Below, in pieces: positions 19,398 through 29,561 of a stretch of DNA of 64,000 nt. Under the pieces are notes generated by a model, which saw only the letters and a list, made by a program, of their open reading frames with translations, did not search any database and was not told the DNA's origin. The stretch lies in contig JAWXAQ010000027.1 in assembly GCA_034439575.1 (NCBI GenBank), positions 96,001 through 160,000 on the forward strand, written 5' to 3'. Position 1 is the stretch's first letter. Every line of letters starts with the position of its first letter. The DNA is from Leptospira sp. Lineage in GTDB: Bacteria; Spirochaetota; Leptospiria; Leptospirales; Leptospiraceae. Position numbers and translations under genes: made by a program.

Positions 19398-20144
19398 ATG
19401 AATTTATTTTTATTTCCACATCAAGATGATGAATATTTTATCTCTCCTGAAATTTTAATAAACCCAAATAATTCTCTTTGTATTTTTTTAACGAAAGGGG
19501 ATTATTATGGAAGTAATACAGAAATTAGAAATTCTGAATCAAAAAAAGTATTACTTTCGTTAGGGGTATCGCCAGAAAATATAATTTTTTTAATGGACTC
19601 ATTGCCAATTCCAGACAATAATTTAATAAATTATTTGGAAGAAGTTTATCAGGGAATCTTAAAACTAATTGCAAATAAAAGCATAGAGTCTATTTATACA
19701 ACCGCATATGAAGGTGGGCATCCTGATCATGATGCAGCGACTGGGATCGCTTTTGTTCTTAGTTTAACAGCAAATTGTCCAGCATATCAATTTTTTTTAT
19801 ACAATGCATTTAATGTTACAAAACCATTTTTTCAAGTGATGAAACCATTGCAGGATAATAAATTGGAAAAATTGAAAATTAAATTTAAAGACTCTGTTCG
19901 AGTTGCGTTTTTATTTCTTAATTATAAATCTCAATTCAAAACTTGGTTAGGTCTGGGGTTATTTGCGATCTATCATTTCTTTATACAAAGACATTATTAT
20001 AAACAGTCAATCTCGGCACACTTATTTTATAATCGCCCCCATACTGGTGAACTTTATTATGAAATGAGAAATTGGATGTCCTACGATTCTTTCAAAAAAG
20101 TATTTGAATCTTTTTTTCTTCTACATGGGATAAATATAAAATGA
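19398..20144 (+). CDS. PIG-L/LmbE-family de-N-acetylase
   Basis: FPHQDDE and EGGHPDHDA metal-binding motifs. Confidence 0.88.
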   Translation: MNLFLFPHQDDEYFISPEILINPNNSLCIFLTKGDYYGSNTEIRNSESKKVLLSLGVSPENIIFLMDSLPIPDNNLINYLEEVYQGILKLIANKSIESIYTTAYEGGHPDHDAATGIAFVLSLTANCPAYQFFLYNAFNVTKPFFQVMKPLQDNKLEKLKIKFKDSVRVAFLFLNYKSQFKTWLGLGLFAIYHFFIQRHYYKQSISAHLFYNRPHTGELYYEMRNWMSYDSFKKVFESFFLLHGINIK

Positions 20145-21088
20145 AAATTTCGGTCATCATTCCTTCTTATAGAGTCAAAAAACATATATTAGGTGTTATT
20201 TCTAAAATTGGTAAAGAAGTTTCTCGAATTTATGTGATTGATGATAAATGTCCAGAGAAGTCAGGCGAATACGTTCAAAATAATTGTAAAGATAAACGAG
20301 TAAAAATTATATATCATGAAATAAACCGCGGCGTTGGCGGGGCAATGATATCTGGATATCAAGCTTCACTTTTGGAAGGGTTTGATATTGCTGTGAAAAT
20401 TGATGGTGATGGCCAAATGGATCCAAAATTGTTACCTAAGTTTGTAGCACCAATTCTGAGAGGTGAGGCGGATTATACTAAGGGAAATCGTTTTTTTAAT
20501 CCAGAATATCTATCGAAAATGCCAAAAGTTCGATTGGTAGGAAATGCAGGCCTGAGTTTTATAAATAAGGCCGTAAGTGGATACTGGGATATTATGGACC
20601 CAACAAATGGATATACGGCGATCCATTCTACCGCATTGTCGATGTTACCATTTGACAAATTAGACAATAGATATTTTTTTGAGAGTGATATGCTTTTTAG
20701 GCTAAACATAACAAGAGCTGTAGTTACAGACGTTCCCATGACTGCAATTTATGGCGATGAAGAAAGTAACTTAAGTATAAAGCGCGTGTTATTCGAATTC
20801 CCCTTAAAGTATATGAATCGATTATTTAAGCGAATATTTTATAATTATTTTTTGAGGGATTTTAATTTAGGTTCATTAGAATTATTCTTTGGAATGATAC
20901 TAACAACTTTTGGAATTTTCTTTGGTATCAGTAAATGGTTCTACGGATATTTTAATCAAATTAATGCTTCATCTGGAACAGTAATGGTAGCCGCATTACC
21001 AATCATTGTTGGCTTTCAGTTAATTCTTTCAGCACTCCAGTATGATGTGATTTCTGTACCAAAAAAAGTACTCTCAAAATTAAAATAA
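20141..21088 (+). CDS. GT2 polyprenol-phosphate glycosyltransferase with C-terminal TM helices
   Basis: SVIIPSY, DDKCP, KIDGDGQMDP, KGNRF, DPTNGYTA, FFESDML, two C-terminal TM segments. Confidence 0.85.
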   Translation: MKISVIIPSYRVKKHILGVISKIGKEVSRIYVIDDKCPEKSGEYVQNNCKDKRVKIIYHEINRGVGGAMISGYQASLLEGFDIAVKIDGDGQMDPKLLPKFVAPILRGEADYTKGNRFFNPEYLSKMPKVRLVGNAGLSFINKAVSGYWDIMDPTNGYTAIHSTALSMLPFDKLDNRYFFESDMLFRLNITRAVVTDVPMTAIYGDEESNLSIKRVLFEFPLKYMNRLFKRIFYNYFLRDFNLGSLELFFGMILTTFGIFFGISKWFYGYFNQINASSGTVMVAALPIIVGFQLILSALQYDVISVPKKVLSKLK

Positions 21089-21096
21089 ATTTTTTA

Positions 21097-21948
21097 ATGA
21101 AATATTCTTTTCAAGATAATTCTTCGCGTATTCGAAATTTAAAGAATATTAATATTCAAAAATTTGAAAATAAGAAAAAAGAAGGATTATCTATTGTTAT
21201 ATTAAATTTAGATAAACCTGAATATTTAATTCCTTTAGTCGAAATATTAAAGAAAAGTAAAGAATCGTTTAGAAAAGAGAATATTTTTTTTGAAATACTT
21301 ATTGGCGATACTGGCTCTACAGATCAAAAAGTAATCAAAGCTTATGAAGATTCAGAAATAAAAGTCATCAAAGGATTAAAGTATCATTTTTCAAAAAACA
21401 ATAACGATATAGCGTATAAAAATAGTTCAGGAAAGTGGATACTTTTTATGAACAATGATATCATTTTTCAAGATGAAAAATTATTATTTCAATTATATTT
21501 GAAAGCTGAAGAAAATTCTAATATTGGAATATGCGGGCATGTTTTACTCTTTGAAAATTTAACTATCCAACACCGTGGTATACAATTTTTTAAACTTAAT
21601 ACATCTACAAATTTTATGCCTTACCATATCGATGGTGGCAAATCTTTAAAAGAAGTTCATTTGCCTGAGAGCCAATTTTTTGATGCGACTACTGGTGCTT
21701 TCTTAATGATTAAGAGCGATCTATTTGAAAACGTATATGGATTCAATGAGGATTTTGAAAAAGAAGCACAAGATATTGATCTTTGCTTGAAAATTAGACG
21801 ATTAGGTTTTCAAATTTTAGTTTTGAATTTGGGAAAAGTCATTCACTTTGAAAATGGAACTCGCGTTAAAGGCGAAGAAAGCAATTTTGATCGTTCTCTT
21901 TTTGTTAGACTATGGTCAAGTTTCATTGAAGGGATAATAGTTTTTTGA
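21097..21948 (+). CDS. GT2 glycosyltransferase
   Basis: FMNNDI, TGAFLMI, GFNEDF, QDIDLCL. Confidence 0.8.
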   Translation: MKYSFQDNSSRIRNLKNINIQKFENKKKEGLSIVILNLDKPEYLIPLVEILKKSKESFRKENIFFEILIGDTGSTDQKVIKAYEDSEIKVIKGLKYHFSKNNNDIAYKNSSGKWILFMNNDIIFQDEKLLFQLYLKAEENSNIGICGHVLLFENLTIQHRGIQFFKLNTSTNFMPYHIDGGKSLKEVHLPESQFFDATTGAFLMIKSDLFENVYGFNEDFEKEAQDIDLCLKIRRLGFQILVLNLGKVIHFENGTRVKGEESNFDRSLFVRLWSSFIEGIIVF

Positions 21949-23177
21949 GAATTCTTATTTTAACATATCGAATTGCAATGGGCTTTGGTGTGGATGTAGT
22001 TGTTGGTGAGACAGCACGTCGCTTCATTAAACATGGGGCAAATGTTTTGATCGGAGTTATAGATCAAGAACCGGATATTTATTCAGATTTGAATATAAGA
22101 AAACTTGATCAATCCAATCCAGTTTCAAAATCGTTTTTAATTGCGGCTGCTCCCGATATTATAATTATCCATACATTTCCTTTTTTTGAACAAGTAGACT
22201 ATTTGAAAGAATTTGCGCCTGTTATATTTTGGGAACACGGAGATCCTTCGCCAGAATTACAAATAGAACCTTCTCGTTCATTTTTATTGTCTGAAAAAAA
22301 ACATAAGAAAGAAAATGGATATCATAGTGCGAATGGCATTATAGCAATCTCCGAATTCATTGCTTCTGAAATTGGTGATTTTTCAAATATAGTCATTTAT
22401 AATGGATGTGATCATTTAAATCAAAAGCCAAAAGACAAGCTTGCTAAGCAGTTTAATAAAAAAATTTCTGTAGGAGTATTGAATCGTATAGGTCCGGGAG
22501 AGAATCGATACAAAGGTATTGAATTCTTTTTAGATTTAATCGATATATTAAAGAATCATTCGAATATTCAATTCTGTTTTGCAGGTCGCGGTAAAGAAGA
22601 GGATGCGAAAGAACTTCGAAATTCAGGAATGGAGGTAAAATTAAATTTATCAGAAATTGAAAAAATTGAATATTTACGAAATCTTGATGTATTTATTTCG
22701 TTTAGTCTTTGGGAAGGATTCAACTTACCCTTAGTCGAAGCAAGTAAACTGGGAACTATATCTTTGGCACTTGATACGGGAGCTCACCCTGAAGTAACTC
22801 CATTTACTTTTAGAAACATATATGAAATGGCAAATTTTATAATTCATTTATCCGCAAACGAATCTCTAATACAAAAATATTCAGATGTAAGTTACCATTT
22901 CGTTACTAAAAAATTCAATTGGGATTTACAATCTGAGAAAGCATTTCAATTTATAAGAAAGATTTATATTAAAGATACCAAAAAGGCTAAGATTTCATTT
23001 ACAAAGAAAATGCAGATCTATATGCATCTTATATTATATATTATTTATAGAATAAGAATCGCATGTCTTGGATCCATTCAATTTGTCAAAAGTCATGGCT
23101 TAAAAAAATTCTTTCTGCTTATTAAACGAAAGGTATATTCTTTATATCTGAGTATTTTTCGGAAGTTATTAGCATAA
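21945..23177 (+). CDS. GT4 glycosyltransferase
   Basis: SLWEGFNLPLVEA (ExFGLxxxE-type motif), VIYNG, RYKG. TTG start overlaps the upstream stop. Confidence 0.82.
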   Translation: MRILILTYRIAMGFGVDVVVGETARRFIKHGANVLIGVIDQEPDIYSDLNIRKLDQSNPVSKSFLIAAAPDIIIIHTFPFFEQVDYLKEFAPVIFWEHGDPSPELQIEPSRSFLLSEKKHKKENGYHSANGIIAISEFIASEIGDFSNIVIYNGCDHLNQKPKDKLAKQFNKKISVGVLNRIGPGENRYKGIEFFLDLIDILKNHSNIQFCFAGRGKEEDAKELRNSGMEVKLNLSEIEKIEYLRNLDVFISFSLWEGFNLPLVEASKLGTISLALDTGAHPEVTPFTFRNIYEMANFIIHLSANESLIQKYSDVSYHFVTKKFNWDLQSEKAFQFIRKIYIKDTKKAKISFTKKMQIYMHLILYIIYRIRIACLGSIQFVKSHGLKKFFLLIKRKVYSLYLSIFRKLLA

Positions 23178-24866
23178 ATGTTGTGGCAAACAATTTGTAA
23201 TTTTTTCTCCAAGAAAAAGCATACAAAAACAATTTTATTTTTTTGTTTTCTCTTAATTATTACATTTATCTATTTTCAAAAATTAATATGGGAAGTTGAT
23301 ACGATTCCAGGATTCGGATTGGATCCATTTTTTTGTATGTTTGTTATTGATACAAACTCTAAGCACCTAAGCAATGGAAATTTTTTTGAAATTGCCAATC
23401 TTCCATTTTTTTATCCCAAAAAACAAACCTTAGGTTTTTCTGACCCATTAATTTTTCATTCTTTATTGTTTGCTCTAATTAAACCATTCGTATCTTCAAA
23501 AGCTACTGCGATTCGGTTAATGTTTGTTCTATTTTTCTTTTTAAATTGGTTAGTCTGCTCTAAATTTCTTTTTCTGTTAAAGAAGAATGTAAGTATAAGT
23601 ATATTTGTCGGTTGGTTATTTACTTTTTCATTATTTTTTCAAGTTCAATCTGCACATTATCAGAATTTGTTGGTATTTCCTATTTTTCTTTCAATATTGC
23701 CTTTGTTTTCTCCAGAAATGAAACTGAAATATAAGTTTATATATTCATTTATTGGTATCAGTATATTTCTTATTTCAAATTTATATTTTTCTATTTATTC
23801 GCTAATTGTATATTTTTCCAGTCTCATATTCCTTTATATATATAAGGGTTCAATTACATTAAAGAAAAATGTATATTCAATTTTAGGTGTCCTTATTTCT
23901 CTTATGGTTTGTTATCCTCTATTGCAATTTTATTTTGATATCCGAATTGAATATCCAGAGATTGTCGGTGTTCGAAATTTTGAAGAAAAAATCCAATTTT
24001 CGGCTAGTTGGAGGGATTATTTAAAAGTTTTATATCCGCCTTCAATTTATTTGCACTTTAAAAAGTATTTTGTTTCTTTTGATTTTGAAAAAAGTAATTT
24101 TTCTGGATTAATAGGTTTAATATTATTTTTTGCTATTACTGTATCAAATATAAAGAATATTTTTAAAAGAAAGTATGATATTTATAAGTTAAGTATATTC
24201 TTATTTGGTATTGGAGTTTTTTTAGCTTCCGGTGCTATTTATTTACCATTTTTGTATAAAATCATATTAAAAATTGTCCCTGGTATTTCTGAGATCCGTG
24301 CTTTAGGTAGGGCTGGGCTCATCATAAATTTAGGAATTATCCTTTCTGTGTATTATTTTTTAATAAAATTTCCTATAAAAAATACTAAACAAAAATTATT
24401 TTTTTCTTTAATCTGCTTATTACTTTTTTCGGAAAGATTTGCAGAAGATTTTTATATTCGTAATATTGAATATTCTACAGATTCAAATAGAGAAGCCAAA
24501 TTAATTTTTGATTCTTACATAATATTGAACAAAGTAAATAAAACGAAGCCTATTTTGGTAATATCGGAAAATTCAGAAAATAATATCAGAATTCCATTTT
24601 TCTTAAATTTAGAATCTGATGCTACGATAATAAATGGTTATTCTGGATATCAACCCAAGGAGTGGAACCATTTTGCCTTGCTCAATGAAACGAATGCAAA
24701 ATGTGATGTTTCAATGAAGAAAAATGAATTTTTATTTTCTTATGCATCATTGCTGTTAGTCGAAACAAATTCATTATTTTACAAGAAATGTAAATTAGAA
24801 ATAGAAAGAGGATTTAAACTTTCCATACGTAGCCAAAATTTTAATTTGTATGATAAGTTGATATAA
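23178..24866 (+). CDS. Multi-pass membrane protein, putative GT-C transferase (YfhO-like)
   Basis: GLDP...FFYP..TLGFSD first loop, IRALGR, INGYSGY, many TM segments. Confidence 0.6.
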   Translation: MLWQTICNFFSKKKHTKTILFFCFLLIITFIYFQKLIWEVDTIPGFGLDPFFCMFVIDTNSKHLSNGNFFEIANLPFFYPKKQTLGFSDPLIFHSLLFALIKPFVSSKATAIRLMFVLFFFLNWLVCSKFLFLLKKNVSISIFVGWLFTFSLFFQVQSAHYQNLLVFPIFLSILPLFSPEMKLKYKFIYSFIGISIFLISNLYFSIYSLIVYFSSLIFLYIYKGSITLKKNVYSILGVLISLMVCYPLLQFYFDIRIEYPEIVGVRNFEEKIQFSASWRDYLKVLYPPSIYLHFKKYFVSFDFEKSNFSGLIGLILFFAITVSNIKNIFKRKYDIYKLSIFLFGIGVFLASGAIYLPFLYKIILKIVPGISEIRALGRAGLIINLGIILSVYYFLIKFPIKNTKQKLFFSLICLLLFSERFAEDFYIRNIEYSTDSNREAKLIFDSYIILNKVNKTKPILVISENSENNIRIPFFLNLESDATIINGYSGYQPKEWNHFALLNETNAKCDVSMKKNEFLFSYASLLLVETNSLFYKKCKLEIERGFKLSIRSQNFNLYDKLI

Positions 24867-26177
24867 ATGGTAAGAAATTTTTTAAAATATCTTTTTGGTT
24901 TTTTCATAAGATTTGTCAATTTTCTTTTTGCATTTTTTAATCTACGAGTAGAATTCAATTTAATTAAAATTTCGAAAACAACTGGCAGAGAAGATTTTTT
25001 TCATCAATTAACACCAATAAAATTAAAACTAAATTCTCAGAAACCTATTGTCCATTTAGCGATTCCTTATATGGCACGAGAAGAATCGATCTTTGCTGGG
25101 ACAAGAATGATTTTGGCCTTGGGAGCTTCATTATTAAAATCAAATATACCAATAAACTTTATTATTACTGATGAAATTTGGTCTGGACGAAGTGAAAGTA
25201 TTGCCAAGGCTAATTTTTATAAATACTTTCCGGATTGTAAAACGTATTCATTTAAAGCTATTTCAGTAGCTAATGAATCTACAAGAGAATTGGCGATTGA
25301 CAAAGACGATATTTTCATTGCAACTGCTTGGTGGACGGTACATTCGCTAAAGGAAATTTTTGTAAATGAGCAGTTAAAAAATAATAAGATATTTTATCTA
25401 ATTCAGGATTTTGAACCTGGTTTTTATCCTTGGGGTGCAGAGTATGCTTTAGCGATAGAAACTTATAAAAAAGATATCATTCCTATATATTCGACGATAA
25501 GTCTGAAAAATTATTTTCAAAAAGAAATTTGTATTCGAAAAGAAAATGAAGAATGTGCAGTATATTTCCCAGAAATAAGTAAAAAAGTTTTTTATCCTAA
25601 TAAATTAGAATATTATAAATCAAAGCGAGTTAAAAAATTATTTTGTTATGTGAGACCTAGTATTCCACGCAATATGTATCAATTGCTGATTCAATCTTTG
25701 ATACAAGTAACTCACGAGGGGATTTTTCCTGAATTTGAATGGGAATTTTGGTCAGGAGGAGAGAATCATGAGCATATAGAATTGGGAAAAGGACATATTC
25801 TCAAATCCAAAGGAAAGTTGTCTTATCTCGAATACGGTGAATTTTTGAGGACTTGTGATCTTGGTATATCTTTGATGTATTCACCTCATCCGAGTTATCC
25901 TCCTTTTGAAATGGCTCAATCTGGAATCGTCACGATTACAAATTTATTTCCAGGAAAAGATTTAAGCACCACATCAAAAAATATAATAAGTTGCGAGACG
26001 AATTTATTGAGCCTTAATATGGCAATCAAGGATGCATTTTCTAAACATGAATATTATGAGAAACGAATGGAACAATCAATTTTGCCATTCCCTGATGTTT
26101 ATGAAGACTGTTTTTCTGAACCAGTAAAATTAATTAAAAAGTATCATTCGAAATCCACAATTGAAAACGAAGATTAA
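24867..26177 (+). CDS. WsaF-like rhamnosyltransferase (GT-B)
   Basis: FIATAWWT, YLIQDFEPGFYPWG, YVRPSIPRN, SLMYSPHPSYPPFEMA. Confidence 0.75.
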   Translation: MVRNFLKYLFGFFIRFVNFLFAFFNLRVEFNLIKISKTTGREDFFHQLTPIKLKLNSQKPIVHLAIPYMAREESIFAGTRMILALGASLLKSNIPINFIITDEIWSGRSESIAKANFYKYFPDCKTYSFKAISVANESTRELAIDKDDIFIATAWWTVHSLKEIFVNEQLKNNKIFYLIQDFEPGFYPWGAEYALAIETYKKDIIPIYSTISLKNYFQKEICIRKENEECAVYFPEISKKVFYPNKLEYYKSKRVKKLFCYVRPSIPRNMYQLLIQSLIQVTHEGIFPEFEWEFWSGGENHEHIELGKGHILKSKGKLSYLEYGEFLRTCDLGISLMYSPHPSYPPFEMAQSGIVTITNLFPGKDLSTTSKNIISCETNLLSLNMAIKDAFSKHEYYEKRMEQSILPFPDVYEDCFSEPVKLIKKYHSKSTIENED

Positions 26178-27798
26178 ATTTATATTATTTTTACTCAATC
26201 GATTTTTCGGAAAAATCTATTTTCGATTAAAGGTTCTTTCTTCAAATGGAATTAATACCAACCAACTTAGGTTATTATTCATTGTTGATGATACTTTAGA
26301 TGAGAAGAAATGCTGTCCTCTTTATAAAAAAATAACAAATTGGAATCAAATCAATTCTAAGATTACGGTCAAAAGAATTTCTGAGATTTTTGAAAATACA
26401 GAAAATCCCAATTTTGAATCTTTATTTTCAAAGATTGAGAATTTTGACTTTGTATGGTTAGATATTGGTAAAGTTACTCCCATCGAAAAAGCAATAAATG
26501 CGCTTAATGATTATTATACCAAACAAATTGATCGGGAAAAAATTTTCACTTTTGATACATTAAATTTTGTTAACTCTTATCCTTTTTTTAAACCAAATTT
26601 TTCCCCTGAATTATTTGATGATATTGATTATTTAGAAGGAGCTGTTTTTTTTCCAAAAAGTATATTCTTAGATATTAATATATCAAACAAATTAAATTTT
26701 TTAGAGTTATATACATATTTAATTCTCAAATTTTATAATCAATCGAACCAATTTATTAGGATTCCAGAAATTGGATTTATTGCGTATAAAATTCCGAAAA
26801 TAGAAGAATCTCACCATAAGAGAATCCAATTTTTACTAAATCAAAAAATAAATAATGAAGATCATAATTCAATAGAAATACCAAATACAATTTTACAGAA
26901 TAATATACCACTGATTTCTATTATTATACCTTTCCGTGATAAAGTCGAACTTTTAAAAGTAGTGGTTGATTCTATAATTCAAAAATCAAAGTACCAAAAA
27001 TTCGAGTTAGTTTTGGTATCTAATCAAAGTCAAGAAAAAGAAACTTTGCAATATTTGAAATTTATCAAAAAAGAATATAATAATATAATTATATTAAAGT
27101 ATGATCAAATATTTAATTTTTCTGCTATGAATAATTTTGCGGCAGAAAGGGCAAATGGTGAACTTTTATTTTTTTTAAATAATGATACGGAAGCCATCTC
27201 AGAAGATTTTTTGGAAAAATTGTCTTTCTTTGCCCTTAAAAAACATGTCGGTGCAGTAGGGCCAAAGTTATTATTCGAAGATGGTAAAATTCAACATGCG
27301 GGTGTTATTCTAGGGTTAACCGGTCTTGCCGAACATGCATTTAAAGATATCCCTGATCATGATGGTTTTGATTCTTTTGGTTCCGCACAATGGACACGAA
27401 ATTATTTAGCAGTAACTGCTGCAGCCCTTATGATTGAGAAGAGAAAATTTAATTTAATTGGTGGATTTAATGAAAAACTCGTAGTTTGTGGAAATGATGT
27501 AGATTTAGGAATTAGATTGTATGAAGCCGGATTCCGCAATGTATATTTGCCTTCAGTAAAATTATTTCATTTTGAATCAAAGTCCCGTAAAGGGAGTAAA
27601 ATTCCGGAGGGTGATTATTTAGAATCTATTAAGTCATATGGGAAATACTTGAAAAATGGCGATCCTTACTTTCATCCTTGTTTAAATTTAACATATCCTT
27701 GGTTAAGTTTTAATTTTTCAGATAAACCTTCTCATAAAATCAATTTAGAAAAAATGAAGAAGCTTATGTCGAATATTTTTATAAATAGTGGTTTGTAG
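26161..27798 (+). CDS. GT2 glycosyltransferase (O-antigen biosynthesis type), with a degenerate N-terminal GT2-like region
   Basis: ISIIIPFRDK, FNFSAMNN, FLNNDTE, IQHAGV, AVTAAAL, GNDVDLG, HFESKSR. Confidence 0.82.
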   Translation: MKTKIKFILFLLNRFFGKIYFRLKVLSSNGINTNQLRLLFIVDDTLDEKKCCPLYKKITNWNQINSKITVKRISEIFENTENPNFESLFSKIENFDFVWLDIGKVTPIEKAINALNDYYTKQIDREKIFTFDTLNFVNSYPFFKPNFSPELFDDIDYLEGAVFFPKSIFLDINISNKLNFLELYTYLILKFYNQSNQFIRIPEIGFIAYKIPKIEESHHKRIQFLLNQKINNEDHNSIEIPNTILQNNIPLISIIIPFRDKVELLKVVVDSIIQKSKYQKFELVLVSNQSQEKETLQYLKFIKKEYNNIIILKYDQIFNFSAMNNFAAERANGELLFFLNNDTEAISEDFLEKLSFFALKKHVGAVGPKLLFEDGKIQHAGVILGLTGLAEHAFKDIPDHDGFDSFGSAQWTRNYLAVTAAALMIEKRKFNLIGGFNEKLVVCGNDVDLGIRLYEAGFRNVYLPSVKLFHFESKSRKGSKIPEGDYLESIKSYGKYLKNGDPYFHPCLNLTYPWLSFNFSDKPSHKINLEKMKKLMSNIFINSGL

Positions 27799-27800
27799 GG

Positions 27801-28694
27801 ATGATATCTGATTACTATTCGGTAACGGTAGCTTATAATCCTGGAATCTTATTAAAAAATCAAATTGAATATTTAATAGCAAAAGAAATAAAACCAATAG
27901 TAGTCTTTAACTCTAATTATTCAGGACAACTGGAAGGTTTAGCGAATGTTATCGTTATTGAGAATATTTATAATCTAGGTTTGGCGAAAGCTATAAACAT
28001 AGGAATGCGAAAAGCGATCGAATTAGGCGCGAAAGGAGTTTTTCTTTTTGATCAGGATAGTTTACCAGAAGGTAATTTTATTAATGAAATGATAAGTTTT
28101 TTTAATTCAAAGAATGATTCTCTTCAAAATCTCGCGTGTGTAGCTCCGATGATTTATAATGTATCAAACGATACAAATTGGCCAATTCCGGTACGCAATA
28201 ATGGAAAACTAACATTTATTAATACATTGAAGGATGAAAATTCTGAAGTTGATTATGCCATTACTTCTGGTTTATTTATTTCGAAAGAATCTTGGATTGC
28301 AGTAGGTGAATATTTAGATTCTTTTTTTATTGATGGGCTTGATATTGAATGGGGTTACCGCGCGAATAGTAAAGGTTATAAGAGTATCATCAATAGGGAT
28401 ATAAAATTACACCATAATCTGGGCGATAAAGCTATTTCAATTCTACCCTTTATCAATAAAAAGATGATCATCCATTCTCCACTACGGAGGTTTTATATGT
28501 TTAGGAATTTTTTTTGGATGTGCAAGTTAGATTACATTCCGAAAGATTTTAAATGGCATTACTTTAAAAAACTAATAAAAATGTTTATAGCAATTCTGAT
28601 TTCACCTATCCAGTGGTTATCAATTTATTATATTTTGAAAGGTACATTTATCGGTATATTCTCAAAACCAAATGCCTTCGAAAAAGCCCTTTAA
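27801..28694 (+). CDS. GT2 rhamnosyltransferase (RfbF/RhlC-like)
   Basis: NLGLAKAINIG, FDQDS, ITSG, FFIDGLDIEW, HSPLRRFYMFRN. Confidence 0.8.
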   Translation: MISDYYSVTVAYNPGILLKNQIEYLIAKEIKPIVVFNSNYSGQLEGLANVIVIENIYNLGLAKAINIGMRKAIELGAKGVFLFDQDSLPEGNFINEMISFFNSKNDSLQNLACVAPMIYNVSNDTNWPIPVRNNGKLTFINTLKDENSEVDYAITSGLFISKESWIAVGEYLDSFFIDGLDIEWGYRANSKGYKSIINRDIKLHHNLGDKAISILPFINKKMIIHSPLRRFYMFRNFFWMCKLDYIPKDFKWHYFKKLIKMFIAILISPIQWLSIYYILKGTFIGIFSKPNAFEKAL

Positions 28695-29561
28695 AATTGC
28701 TTGAATCTTGGCCTTTTTTTCATTCTCAAAGAAAACTGTACGAAATGTATCATACATAAAATTTAATAGATCAATTAAAAACCAAGAAGGTATCACAAAA
28801 GCATATAATTTCCAAGTTTTAATTCTATTTCTTGTCATATAATATTTTCTAAGTGGAGAATGATTCGTAGGGGAGATCGACATACCAATAAATGTCTTCG
28901 TTATTCTTTCACCTAGCATATGATAGAGGGAAGCAGCCTTAATCACATCAATACGAAAACCATATTTTCTAACTCTTAAACAGTATTCTATATCAATGTA
29001 GTCTATAAAAAAATCATCTCTAAATAGTCCCACTTGATTTATAGTATGCATTGGAATCATACTTCCAGAAGAGATAACGGTATTTACGTTTTTGAGAACA
29101 TTCTCAGTGTGATAGAATCGTCTACGTTTCCAAAAAAAATCATTTTTAACCCAATACAATTGTTTTGCTTCAGAAGAATGAATGATATCGGGTGCAACAA
29201 TACCTACATCTGGATTGGCCTCGAGATAAGAAACCATTTGTTTTCGTAAATTTTTGGAAGGCAAAGAATCATCATCGAAAAATAATATATATTTTGCTTT
29301 AAGTTCTTTTGCGAGTAAGATTCCAGTATTTTGAGCCTTCGCTAAACCTACGTTAGTATTGTTTTTTTTGTAAATGATTTTAATATTATTTTTTTTTATT
29401 TCTAAGTTTAACTGAGAAGTGAATTTTGCATCACACCCATTATCAATTATTATTAAAGTGTCGCATTCTTTAGAAAAGGTTTTTAATCTCTTGAAGAACG
29501 ATTTGTCCGTTTGATACAATACACAAATTGCGACTGTCTTCAAAACCATTTCCATCCCCAT
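28662..29561 (-). CDS. GT2 rhamnosyltransferase (RfbF/RhlC-like)
   Basis: NVGLAKAQNTG, FDDDS, ISSG, FFIDYIDIEY, HSPLRKYYMTRN. The true start may be ATG 29555 or 29549. Confidence 0.8.
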   Translation of the reverse strand: MGMEMVLKTVAICVLYQTDKSFFKRLKTFSKECDTLIIIDNGCDAKFTSQLNLEIKKNNIKIIYKKNNTNVGLAKAQNTGILLAKELKAKYILFFDDDSLPSKNLRKQMVSYLEANPDVGIVAPDIIHSSEAKQLYWVKNDFFWKRRRFYHTENVLKNVNTVISSGSMIPMHTINQVGLFRDDFFIDYIDIEYCLRVRKYGFRIDVIKAASLYHMLGERITKTFIGMSISPTNHSPLRKYYMTRNRIKTWKLYAFVIPSWFLIDLLNFMYDTFRTVFFENEKKAKIQAILKGFFEGIWF

